Positions 10,101 through 17,869 of a stretch of DNA of 64,000 bases are shown one piece after another. The position numbers and the translations under genes were made by a program. Below the pieces are notes generated by a model. It saw nothing but the letters and a program-made list of their open reading frames with translations, did not search any database and was not told where the DNA came from. Origin of the DNA: a virus; the IMG/VR virus record IMGVR_UViG_3300034093_001036, positions 24,580 to 88,579 of that record. One strand, written 5' to 3'. Numbering within the stretch: the stretch's first letter is position 1; each line of letters begins with the position of its first letter.

Positions 10101-12954
10101 CTGGAACTTGAACTCCATGGTATGTGCCTGCTGGAAGAGTTATAGTTGATGATCCAGTTACTACTCTTTTTTTACTATTAACTCTTTCATCAATGCTGTA
10201 GTCTAAGATTAAACCTTGTCTTTTTGCCTCATCAAGAATTTTTCTACTTTCATCAGGTGTAGTTCCTAATCCCTTACCCATATTAAATCTATAGTCTGTT
10301 GCATACAGTCCTTGAGATTTTACATAGCCTGGGTCGTTTGGACTTATTATTTTTGGAATTTCTTTCTTATATAAATTGTCAACTATTGAATCATTTATAA
10401 ATGGGCTTTTAGATTCTTGAATTGACTTTAAGAATGCATTATCTAGCGCTTGTGCCTGTACTGCAGACATTCCAGATGGAGACCATTTGCCTGCTCCACC
10501 CTTAATCCATTCATCTATAAACTGTTGCTTAGGTACTCCACCAGTTAGGCTAGGCATTGCTTTATTCATCCACTCAGGGAAGTTGAACATAAGACTGTGC
10601 TTTGTTGTTGTTACTGGTGGCAAACCTTGTGATATTAGAACCTGTTCCATAGTTATAAGTTTTAACTTTTGATCGGGAGACATATTAGGATTGCTCTTAA
10701 TAATGTCTGATATTAGTCTTGGCTCGCTGCGTCCGCCTACGTGTGTTTCATTAATTGCAACTGATTTAGCATCTGTTGTTGCTGCTACTTCAGGAGCAAA
10801 TGCTAATCCTTGAACTCTTCCGCCTGCAACCATGTGTGCAATGGCTGGTCTATTTGCTGGATCCTGTGCTGATTGTTGAGGGATTACTGCTTCACCAGGA
10901 GTTAGGTCTGCGTTTACGCTATCTTTATTTCCAGTTCCTGGAACGCTTGTTGTTCCTTTACCATATTTTTTAGGTGTAGGCAAGCGCTTTCCAGCACTGG
11001 GACCCGTAAATCCTATTTGTGCTGCAATGGCTCTTCTGTATGCATTTGCCAACATGTTAACTGCTGCTGTTTCAGAAGTAAAGGTTTGTCTTAATCTTTG
11101 ATGAACTTGATCAAGTGATGCTGCAACTGCTGATGCCTCTAACTGTTCTTTAGTTAAATAGTTTGTCTGCTCTCCTAATATTTGACTTGATTGACCCGTT
11201 CTGTTGTACATAGATTTTAATCCTGCAAACATTTTAATTATATTAGCAACAGCGTTTGCAATCAAACCAAATCCCATTAAAAGAACTGGTCCAACACCAG
11301 CAAGAGCAACTGTAAGAATAGTTAAGAATTTTTTAGTACCATCTCCTAAGTTATTAAACTTGTCAAGAATTTTCCCAACAAACTCAACAATAGGGGTTAA
11401 TGCTTTTAAGAATTGTTCTCCTACTGGAGCAATAGCCAATTTTAAATCTTCCATTGATTTTTTAAATTTGTATGTTGTTGTATTCTGAATTTTATCCAAT
11501 TCTCGTTGTGACAAGATTGCAAGTTCTTCTGTAGTTGCTTTTGTTAATGATAAGACTCTCTGTGCTTGTGTACCCTGGGTTGTTACGTTTTGAAACAGTG
11601 TGGAAAGTCTTGAAAACTGGAACTTACCAAATAGTTGTTCAATAGCACGAGCACGGTTAAGTGGGTCAAGAGTATCAAGTGCTTGTGCGAACCCAACAAC
11701 AGTTGCTTTAATGTCTCCTTGGTTGGCTTCAACAATTCCTTTAATATTTACGCCAAGTTCTCCAAGAAACTTGCTTGCCTTTGTTGATGGATTAATTAAT
11801 GATGCAAGACCAGACTTAAGTGCGTTAGCGCCTTCGGATGCATTGATTCCACCTTCTTTCATTGCTGTAAGGAAAAATGCTAAGTCTTCAACGTTTCCAC
11901 CAAGTTGCTTAACAACTGGTCCAGCCTTTGGAATTGCTATTGTTAAATCTTCAATAGATACTACAGTTTGGTTTTCAACTGCGTTAAGGAAATCAATTTT
12001 GTTTGCAAGATCTTCTGCTGCAACGCCAAAAGCGTTAGTTACAGAAATTGTTGTCTCTAATGCCTGCGTTTGTTCTACTCCGCCAAGAACTGCAAGCCTT
12101 GTTGCCTGTACAACTTGTGCAACTAATTCTGCACCCATCTTGCCCATTGCTGCAGCATCTGCAGCCATTTTCATTGTGTCTTCTATTGCAACGCCATACT
12201 TAGTATATTCTGTTGCAAGTTTTTGAATTTGCTTAACCATTGCATCAGTTTCTGCTTGTGTTGTAAACATTTCTCCATACACACGCTTAAATCTAATTGC
12301 CTGCTCTTCAAGTTTCATGAATGTTTTTGAAGCAACTGTACCAAGCATTGCAAGTGGAACAGTAAAACCAACCATTAACTGACGTCCTGCCCACTGAGTA
12401 TTCTTACCAAAGTTTAGGAGATTGGTTGATCCTTGTCTTAATAATTGATTAAGTAGTTGTTGTCTCTGTGCAGCAATGGCTGTTTGTGTGCCCAGATTTT
12501 TCATATCAAGCGTTAGAGGTCTTACCGCAATTGCTTGTAGTGCTCCATTGGCACCTCTGCCCATTTTTACATACTGGGTCTGTATATCTTTTACACGCTC
12601 TCGTGCAACTTTATTTAATGTTTCAAATTCAGATCTAAACAGTCTTCCAAAAGTTTTTGTTGCTGCTCCAGTATATCTAAAATATTCTCTAGATGTTAAC
12701 TTGTTTCTTTCTAAAGCATTAGTAAAAGACTCTGTACTTGATGTTACTGTTCGCATAGATGCTTGGAATTTTCCAGTAGCATTTATGCTGTTCATCAAGT
12801 TCTGTGCTTGATTTGCTGCTACCGCTGAGGCTGCGGTACCAGACTTTGCCATTTGTGTATGGAAGGCTGATATTTGACGTTGTAGAAGTTTTAGACTTGC
12901 TAAAGCATCAGACGTATCAATATTTACATGAATATTGGATTCTACATCAGCCAT
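4087..12954 (-). CDS. Tail tape measure protein with internal accessory domains, including a kinase-like one
   Basis: 2955 aa with a TP901-type core (AVENQTVVSIEDL...EGANALKSGLASL), coiled coils, Gly/Ala-rich hydrophobic segments and a C-terminal DTVPAMLTPGEF motif. Confidence 0.93.
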   Translation of the reverse strand: MADVESNIHVNIDTSDALASLKLLQRQISAFHTQMAKSGTAASAVAANQAQNLMNSINATGKFQASMRTVTSSTESFTNALERNKLTSREYFRYTGAATKTFGRLFRSEFETLNKVARERVKDIQTQYVKMGRGANGALQAIAVRPLTLDMKNLGTQTAIAAQRQQLLNQLLRQGSTNLLNFGKNTQWAGRQLMVGFTVPLAMLGTVASKTFMKLEEQAIRFKRVYGEMFTTQAETDAMVKQIQKLATEYTKYGVAIEDTMKMAADAAAMGKMGAELVAQVVQATRLAVLGGVEQTQALETTISVTNAFGVAAEDLANKIDFLNAVENQTVVSIEDLTIAIPKAGPVVKQLGGNVEDLAFFLTAMKEGGINASEGANALKSGLASLINPSTKASKFLGELGVNIKGIVEANQGDIKATVVGFAQALDTLDPLNRARAIEQLFGKFQFSRLSTLFQNVTTQGTQAQRVLSLTKATTEELAILSQRELDKIQNTTTYKFKKSMEDLKLAIAPVGEQFLKALTPIVEFVGKILDKFNNLGDGTKKFLTILTVALAGVGPVLLMGFGLIANAVANIIKMFAGLKSMYNRTGQSSQILGEQTNYLTKEQLEASAVAASLDQVHQRLRQTFTSETAAVNMLANAYRRAIAAQIGFTGPSAGKRLPTPKKYGKGTTSVPGTGNKDSVNADLTPGEAVIPQQSAQDPANRPAIAHMVAGGRVQGLAFAPEVAATTDAKSVAINETHVGGRSEPRLISDIIKSNPNMSPDQKLKLITMEQVLISQGLPPVTTTKHSLMFNFPEWMNKAMPSLTGGVPKQQFIDEWIKGGAGKWSPSGMSAVQAQALDNAFLKSIQESKSPFINDSIVDNLYKKEIPKIISPNDPGYVKSQGLYATDYRFNMGKGLGTTPDESRKILDEAKRQGLILDYSIDERVNSKKRVVTGSSTITLPAGTYHGVQVPEGTVVNMNRLGAGTTPVISQGTKAAKKAKVAAPPSAPQLLDLEKAMEHKEKLRAVAIEASQTAFGAKKPTNFGVQETQSSGRSNFMSTIGGVFTKPDGSKVFVKPMLSELDAIAEKRGTEIARAQGLLAPRQTIKTMIDPTDIDEPDVKKKRKIIVLESPYDSRFDPNTMPKTFTEKEYIKQLVASSLRGDKDLKKGNLGGNVVTDVGAAGVFDKASGTRSYSAGLPSMEAIAMHNLKGVSGPNANNSPFWFGNATADIPQNIQSADEYERKIKDEINRTLPKLRKTIDGFKLDAGDPAKKVYEDMYKRLQAGLNADWKKVYNFHRSILVKPDEVLEDKKGNLKPIPTKPNNGKLKSDSGSIKDTRLAPASVASSVRQGPKGRIVGKANAPGSKNATVNAILAGVKGSVAKAKAAGATIGKTISQSAAASSRTALYGTGSIDADAKSLRRQMEKRQRAEAKTQAKTAASRTKLYGMGPMDADAKSMRRQMERRTKLANSVAYQKRIISERAAAQFTPAPSVSGTPMGPSMANGKFETTKLQRLKNNRQNAKVAGKGGMGIAGGVGMAAGAAMIGSMVPGKVGEISQKLMMPLMGLSMIIPMLKSPASALAVGLLATVGSFAALRMSFDKAADQVLEEGEKFKGSTSALQTIAKFGGKTTASEQMDLRRKNSFAMLGAATGKTTYGEAYAQTAEGKALTARISKQNADGKGNVAVKDLGGQLSAAIMSGAMDMSQAKSLAMNAARQAGDMSIGIKVIAQLESLLGPNGENLVNDPLNVRINMVNANAKNMKTSADNVKNAGVLQQLAGQKVTQGLGIGASALGGAAAGAGIGTALGPAGTLAGAIIGAGIGTAVGAIGGYFASKKYAKEAAVLGATYAVDAKIAMEQNKQMLDSLDMYYQKKIEELRLQGKINEALELEKEYLGDKEKGKVGKRDQLTAAQAKMQGDIVSQYNSAGGLQEAMMSGMKKATTAKYKNDPNQLAYIDTVNQQSKNLRKDGLIDSGQEFLIQAKMASGDIPPAVFRSLLQMATDNKDMAPVMMKIITKFSGATSESIGVAAQNILDAKGTINKTVQTKFITRVEAFEKDSDALDFTKNIIKLNSLNTVIPSDVMVSYYTDKSKESQEAYASLNKMLDAIEGSKDLTAKIVYEIMPEVKGTAAFDEAYFNTLTEDQQKVYTTTISTLVNIPEPKIEASEDYKAWLKEPAPRGGQGVTGSLSYKIQKYTEAQGYKAVTDNLSVGVKAPVGGNTPADGNKVQSSPLDDLVKKLRDVRMNQIKVTEGWGASRKALDKLFGGNKTIDVFSGIENDLRGLGTSQDFIELIVGMDPKVYEQKKNSLFKFDNKKNIVGLKEDAKNIQEALNSITMGDWKSSMEADFKAIENQSTAFNKLANLGVPVAEAYQLISDKTLAAAIANGVNDKSLRTLISNYKLLTAAQEKSAAIQGVKTDIAQFKKNTIQEARLRSKYGAEDAFAISSDENLQSMESQIASQQSRLNKLIANGAPTAIIVKAQGELNDLIDDFTERLNQLKSTVEFMQGLFDKGFSNAMQAFDVQETALNIQFKIDTKSQNAVIKEAQNAIAAIQYEIDDKEAALKGIEEQEQKINDKYDERIKALDEVEKLNSSISNQQKGQLTLAEALTSGDISAAAKAVQDMRAQAAADAVTKQKDAVEKSREYELSRVKTQGGKTRLELEKEIKDLQDKIFKIEEEKLEPAQEFIRLRQIILDKDIEGLTVLGKTKDAWEAIKNQVDLALIKSAAFVDSMKLALETQAKLIAAYQAQPGNTSSNSGTTATQGPGPFVPDPKASTEGNKKAEDINKAALEKAADYAPAIAAAAFHPSANAAMENGIIGALSIASQIKAAAIAAAEAISVQNQASNLSRFKAKEAADLAAEQAAINAKGRVGRMNGGIIPKMFSLGGFAKGTDTVPAMLTPGEFIMSKYAVDTYGVDTMRKINNGESVGGAVYNNTYTLTVNAKTNANPNEIAQAVMSTIKQVDDRRIRGVSLNARN

Positions 12955-12972
12955 CCATTAACACCTCTTTAT

Positions 12973-13296
12973 TTAGTTATTTGCAAGGTTGCCAAGTAGT
13001 GATGCGTCAGAAAGTTTAATTCCTGATGCCTCTTCGACAATCTTGTATACTGTTGGAAGATCTAGATTTTCTTCTAGGGCTTCCTTGTCTTCTGCCAATT
13101 CTGGCTTGTATTGTTTCATTGCGATTTGAACACAGTCCATTAACAAATCCATAGACTTTTCGTTATCTTCTGCGACCTTTGCAATGTCTTCAAACTTCTT
13201 CATAAACGGACGAAGTAGAGAAATCTTAAGTGGTCTTACCTTGATCTTTGTTCCATCGATCAGAGTTACTGTCTTTTCTTCAGTGGCGATTGCCAT
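12973..13296 (-). CDS. Tail assembly chaperone, short gpG-like form
   Basis: 107 aa between tail tube and tape measure genes, with AAGGAGG RBS and its own TGGTATAAT promoter at 13323-13331. Homologous to the N-terminal half of 13352-14032. Confidence 0.75.
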   Translation of the reverse strand: MAIATEEKTVTLIDGTKIKVRPLKISLLRPFMKKFEDIAKVAEDNEKSMDLLMDCVQIAMKQYKPELAEDKEALEENLDLPTVYKIVEEASGIKLSDASLLGNLANN

Positions 13297-13351
13297 TTAT
13301 TCCTCCTTATAAGGTTTAGTTAATTATACCATAGCGCAGGCTTATTTCTGG

Positions 13352-14032
13352 CTATTCGGAAACCTCATAATCAATACCCATGCCAATGCCAAACCCTGCT
13401 CTTTCAGCATTTACTCCTTGTAGGGCCAGAATATCATTTCCATTTCCTGTTGCACCCTTGCTAAATACTCTAGCCTTCATGTCTTCCCATTCATTACCGC
13501 TACCAGAATTTTTATCTAAATCTACACCTTGCATTGCTGCAGCAAACTTTTTATCACTGTAGTCTAATTCTCTTTTTATCTTTAGTGTGGCTGTTAGTTC
13601 TTGCATAGACATTGATGATTCTAACTGATCATAGTCTTTCCATATACCGATCAAAAAAACCTCTGACTCTAGTTTTGCCAAGTCTAAGGTTTCCCATGTT
13701 GATCCACTGTCAACTGCCTGATTTTTAACAGTGTCTTCTGACTTCTCATTAATTTTGATTCCCGCTGCAACATCAATAACATCATAGATAGTTGGTAAGT
13801 CTAGGCTGTCTTCTAAATCTTCAATAGTTTTAATTGATGGGCAATATTGTTGCATTGCAATAAGAGCGCATTGAGCCAAAATAGATATTGATTCATCATC
13901 ACTTTTTGCTTCTTTAATTTTTTCAAAGGTTTCTAAAAATTCTCTTAAGTATTTTATTTTTAATGGGGCAGCAATAATAACTCTATCATCTACTAGTGAT
14001 ATTTTTTTTGTTTCATATATTTTTGTTGCCAT
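13352..14032 (-). CDS. Tail assembly chaperone, long gpGT-like form
   Basis: Likely start ATG 14032 (MATKIYE), 6 nt after TGGTATACT. N-terminal half is paralogous to the 107-aa chaperone, followed by a C-terminal extension. Confidence 0.7.
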   Translation of the reverse strand: MATKIYETKKISLVDDRVIIAAPLKIKYLREFLETFEKIKEAKSDDESISILAQCALIAMQQYCPSIKTIEDLEDSLDLPTIYDVIDVAAGIKINEKSEDTVKNQAVDSGSTWETLDLAKLESEVFLIGIWKDYDQLESSMSMQELTATLKIKRELDYSDKKFAAAMQGVDLDKNSGSGNEWEDMKARVFSKGATGNGNDILALQGVNAERAGFGIGMGIDYEVSE

Positions 14033-14046
14033 TATATAAGTATACC

Positions 14047-14082
14047 AAACAGAAAGGCCCAACCCCGAAGGATTGAGCCTCT
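14047..14082 (-). terminator. Intrinsic terminator after the tail tube gene
   Basis: Minus strand reads AGGCTCAATCC-TTCG-GGGTTGGGCCT followed by TTCTGTTT. Confidence 0.8.
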
Positions 14083-14098
14083 CATATATTAAGTTGTA

Positions 14099-14758
14099 TT
14101 ATACTGCTGTTGCTAGTGTGCGGTCTACGATCTTACCGTATGACGCATTGTCGTTTGGAAGAAGACGGAATGAAACTTCAAACATTGAAGCCTCGTCACG
14201 CTTTGCAGATACTGTCACATTCTCAATTGATAGTGCACGGTATGCTACATAGATTCTTTCCTTGTTGATCGCTGCTGAACCAGATCCTGGTCCTACTGCT
14301 ACAATACCACGCTCTAGTGGAACGTCACCAATATCTCCTGCTGACATTCTTAGTGTCGATAGGTTGGATGCTGTTGCGATTTCCTCATTTGATGCAATTG
14401 CTACTAGAAGATTTTCTAGTGTTGCTTCTGCAAAAGATGTATTTAGATTAACTGTCATACCCTGCTTGAATAAACGAGCAACGTCGAGAAGTTGATCTAC
14501 TGCTACATCACCAAAGTCTGGCTGGAATGCGAGTTCCAAACCATTTGATGTGTATCCTATATTTGTGTAATCTTCGTCAAGTGACAAAGTTTCCTTATAG
14601 GATGTTGTGGATGCTGTAAGTGCTGGAAGATCAGTGCTTGCTTGTGTATCAGTGATCGCTCCTGTTGCGTCTACATATCCGATTGGGCCTGAATCATGCG
14701 TAAATAGTGCTGCTGCACCTACGATGATGTTACTACTTGAACCACGGCTGTATGCCAT
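14099..14758 (-). CDS. Major tail tube protein
   Basis: 219 aa with NIGYTSNGLELAFQP and SFAEATLENL motifs typical of siphophage tail tubes; lies upstream of the chaperones and is followed by a terminator. Confidence 0.8.
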   Translation of the reverse strand: MAYSRGSSSNIIVGAAALFTHDSGPIGYVDATGAITDTQASTDLPALTASTTSYKETLSLDEDYTNIGYTSNGLELAFQPDFGDVAVDQLLDVARLFKQGMTVNLNTSFAEATLENLLVAIASNEEIATASNLSTLRMSAGDIGDVPLERGIVAVGPGSGSAAINKERIYVAYRALSIENVTVSAKRDEASMFEVSFRLLPNDNASYGKIVDRTLATAV

Positions 14759-14830
14759 ATTTTCACCTCTTTCATTTTATTGGAAGGGGGTTGTTTCCTC
14801 ATGCTAATTATACTACCTCTTTATTATAAA

Positions 14831-15340
14831 TTAATTAGCATGCCAATCATAGTCTATGATGATTTTATTCCCCGCATAGGTACGGGCTGTTCCAAAGTCA
14901 ACTATATCTCTGGTTTCTTCTAGTTGGTAGATCTTAAAGTTATGGAAGAACATTGGCTTGGATTCTAGGTTCCAGGATGTAGGATTTTCTGCTGCCCATT
15001 CATTTAAATCTTTTGCTGAGTCATCTCCATTATCCAGAAGGTCACTTACCTGCTGCTGGGTTATGACCATATTCTTTTGTGCGTCATCACCTACTGAATA
15101 AAAATAGTATAGAAGTTGCTCACATTTAATGTATGGGAATGGGGTTCTTCTCATCTTAAACATTCTGTCGTATACCCCAAATACCCCATTGCTTTGTGGA
15201 AATGTTTCAGTTAGTGCATCAATTTCTGTTGGAAGAGTTGGGAAAAAATATGTTGTTCCTTGACCACTAAACCCAGGATTTATTTTTTCTGCTAGATAGG
15301 CGTTAATAATTGTAGGTGGATGATGAATTAATGCAGACAT
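14831..15340 (-). CDS. Putative tail terminator/completion protein
   Basis: 169 aa, last of the neck genes before the tail tube; synteny only. Confidence 0.5.
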   Translation of the reverse strand: MSALIHHPPTIINAYLAEKINPGFSGQGTTYFFPTLPTEIDALTETFPQSNGVFGVYDRMFKMRRTPFPYIKCEQLLYYFYSVGDDAQKNMVITQQQVSDLLDNGDDSAKDLNEWAAENPTSWNLESKPMFFHNFKIYQLEETRDIVDFGTARTYAGNKIIIDYDWHAN

Positions 15341-16014
15341 TATACACCCACTCCTGCGTTAGCAATCCAGCGATATCCAGTTGATAGGCCTTTAGACTTG
15401 CCAATTCTTTTTCCTGCTGGCATATCTTTTTTATATACTTTTGGATTTTCAAGATACCTTGCAACTCCACTTGTTCTTAAAAACGCTTGTGAGAAATACT
15501 TATTAAAAAACATGTCAAAGACTTTTTCGAAACCGCCTTCTACTTCTGTTCCTCCAGGGTTTAAAATTTCAACAGGACCTCTTGTAAACACTGTTTCTCC
15601 GTTATCATCAAACGCTAATACCTGTGCGACTCTTGGTCTAATTGTAACTGGAATTCCTTCTTCCATGATTCTTGCTTTATCGTAGAACGGTGTACGTGAT
15701 CCATCTTTAATAGATTTAGACTGACTAAAAGATGATCTAAAAGATAGTCCTAGATTGCTTGTTGTGTATGAAATATCGTATAGTCTTGCTTCTGGGCTTC
15801 CAGTCATAGTCCATTCGTAAACATGATGAAGCATTTGTGGATTAACTTTTGCGTTTGAGTCTATAAACTCTTTCATTATTTCTACTGTTTCCATTCCTAG
15901 AGTTTTTAGGAATACAGTCTTTCCTCTTTGGATACCCTCTAAAAATCCTACAGAATAATTAACAATATTGTTCATATCTTTTTTAAATTGTTTTGAATTA
16001 AATGTTGTTATCAT
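15340..16014 (-). CDS. Neck/tail completion protein
   Basis: 224 aa, translationally coupled within the neck gene run. Confidence 0.5.
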   Translation of the reverse strand: MITTFNSKQFKKDMNNIVNYSVGFLEGIQRGKTVFLKTLGMETVEIMKEFIDSNAKVNPQMLHHVYEWTMTGSPEARLYDISYTTSNLGLSFRSSFSQSKSIKDGSRTPFYDKARIMEEGIPVTIRPRVAQVLAFDDNGETVFTRGPVEILNPGGTEVEGGFEKVFDMFFNKYFSQAFLRTSGVARYLENPKVYKKDMPAGKRIGKSKGLSTGYRWIANAGVGV

Positions 16015-16460
16015 ACATCACCTGATTGATTTTCTGATCTTCTTATTACTACTTTATAAGATTCAATATTTCCAAATGGCCCTGTAAATGGTTCATAGGT
16101 TGCTAGTTCAAAAAGTGTTCCTTTGCCAGACCTAGGTCCTGATGTTTCCATATATATTAAGTTTCCTTCTTGGTCTTTAATATCTGTAATCAATATGTTT
16201 GTTAATGCGTTTTTGCTATCTAGCAAAGAAATTCTTATGTCAGATTTTACTCTTCCAACCAATATCGAGTTTTGTGTTATGTTTACATTTGGCTTTACTT
16301 CTTCTTTAAATGCTGAACCTCCAGAAGAAAAACTGCAAGCAAAGACTCTATCAAGAACCCATTGCTTTTTTATTGCTCCAAAATCACCCTGCTTAATTAT
16401 TGGATGATAAACAGATGCTTGCATTGGAAACATAAAGTCTGGGGTTTCGCAAACTGTCAT
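16011..16460 (-). CDS. Head closure/stopper protein
   Basis: 149 aa, beta-rich, follows the adaptor gene; ATGA and TAATG overlaps. Confidence 0.5.
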   Translation of the reverse strand: MTVCETPDFMFPMQASVYHPIIKQGDFGAIKKQWVLDRVFACSFSSGGSAFKEEVKPNVNITQNSILVGRVKSDIRISLLDSKNALTNILITDIKDQEGNLIYMETSGPRSGKGTLFELATYEPFTGPFGNIESYKVVIRRSENQSGDV

Positions 16461-17356
16461 TATAACACCCCAAGTTTTGTAATAGACTTAGCATACTTTG
16501 AAAGTATCTTGTCTACAATTATATTTCCCGTTCCTTCGAAAAGACCCTTGTCAAATTGAATTCTAAATTGATCTGTATTGTAAGAAGAAATAAATCTCTT
16601 GTAATAATCTAATTTGCCACACTCTATATCGTGAACAAGCATTTCTGTTGCTCTAACAATGTCTGATGGAACTGCAGTATATCCATGCTCAACAGTTACT
16701 AGATAATCCCAACCTCTTCCAAACCCTCTATAGATAAACTGAGGATCTAGGGAGTCAGATGCTGCTGCAGGCAAAACTAGTGGTGCTGATTCTGCTCTAT
16801 TAATGTTGTCTGTTGACTTTTCAATAATTGCTGTCTTGTCTGACGAGACTTCGTATTCTCTATCTTCTACTAATTTATTGTTTTCATATACCGTCAAAAC
16901 TTTTTTAACATCATCCCAAACTGGAAGATAATCTGCTCCAGTTCCTTCAAAGTGTAAAACTTTTTTCTTATAATAAAATCCTTCTGGAATTACAGAATCT
17001 ATTACCGCTCTTGCAATTTCTTCATTTACAGAGTATTTTGATATGTCTGATGCAGTGCTTGCTTTTGTTAATGGGTCAACGTATGGTCTTACAACTTCAT
17101 AAGTCTCATCTTGAAGAATTGCTTCTCCAACTGCCCCAAGATTTTTAACAATCTCAACCCTATAAGATGAATCATATTTACCTGGTAAAGATATGCTGAG
17201 ATTGTTTCCTGATACCTTATTTAAAAATGTTAATGTTGATACTGAGAGATCCGCCATATCAGTTATATTAACAGTTATAGTTGATGATGTTATTCCCGCA
17301 GGAACTACAAAATTAACAGGTATATCTGAATACGGCGAAACTCTCAATATCTCCAT
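16460..17356 (-). CDS. Head-to-tail adaptor
   Basis: 298 aa with the adaptor-like motif HGYTAVPSDIVRATEML and C-terminal TGNIIVDKILSKY. Confidence 0.65.
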   Translation of the reverse strand: MEILRVSPYSDIPVNFVVPAGITSSTITVNITDMADLSVSTLTFLNKVSGNNLSISLPGKYDSSYRVEIVKNLGAVGEAILQDETYEVVRPYVDPLTKASTASDISKYSVNEEIARAVIDSVIPEGFYYKKKVLHFEGTGADYLPVWDDVKKVLTVYENNKLVEDREYEVSSDKTAIIEKSTDNINRAESAPLVLPAAASDSLDPQFIYRGFGRGWDYLVTVEHGYTAVPSDIVRATEMLVHDIECGKLDYYKRFISSYNTDQFRIQFDKGLFEGTGNIIVDKILSKYAKSITKLGVL

Positions 17357-17362
17357 CTTTAA

Positions 17363-17779
17363 TTATCCGAAAGCCTTCTGGATTTCTTCTGGTGTAGCAA
17401 CTCTAACATGTGATCTAGTTAGCCACTTGTCTGCTTGCTTTTGTGTTACGATATTATATCCTCTGCTAAGAGTTCCAACTTCTTGCCAGTGAACGCTCTT
17501 TGTTGAGTGAAGCGCCACCTTTCCTGAAAGGTTTACATCTGTGTTAATTGTTTTACTTGCGCCGTCTGCTGCCATTGATCCAATAGCACCTGTCTCTGTA
17601 AAGCCTAGTGCTTGAACTGGCTCAACTACTGCTGGTGCTTCTACCACTGCTTCAACTACTGCTTCAACTACAGGTTCTACTGTAGGCTCTACTGCAACTT
17701 CTACTACTGGTGCTTCGACATAGTCATGCTCTTCTGCATTTTCTGCTGAAAACGGATTGTTATAATTATTATTTTCCAT
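17363..17779 (-). CDS. Hypothetical protein with acidic Val/Glu/Pro-rich N-terminus
   Basis: 138 aa with AAGGAGG RBS and own TGATATAAT promoter; follows the capsid gene. Confidence 0.7.
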   Translation of the reverse strand: MENNNYNNPFSAENAEEHDYVEAPVVEVAVEPTVEPVVEAVVEAVVEAPAVVEPVQALGFTETGAIGSMAADGASKTINTDVNLSGKVALHSTKSVHWQEVGTLSRGYNIVTQKQADKWLTRSHVRVATPEEIQKAFG

Positions 17780-17809
17780 TGTATCCTCCTTGTTTGTATT
17801 ATATCATTA

Positions 17810-17850
17810 AAGTATTAAGGGGGACAGGAGAGTGAACTCCCGCCCCCCAT
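17810..17850 (-). terminator. Terminator-like hairpin after the major capsid gene
   Basis: Minus strand reads GGGGGGCGGGAG-TTCACT-CTCCTGTCCCCC then TTAATACTTT. Confidence 0.65.
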
Positions 17851-17869
17851 TAAAGGTACTGATTACAGA

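Noticed and set aside
12973-14062. Programmed frameshift joining the two chaperone ORFs
   Set aside because: The ORFs are separated by a stop, a promoter and an RBS, they are paralogous, and the long form is already a single frame.
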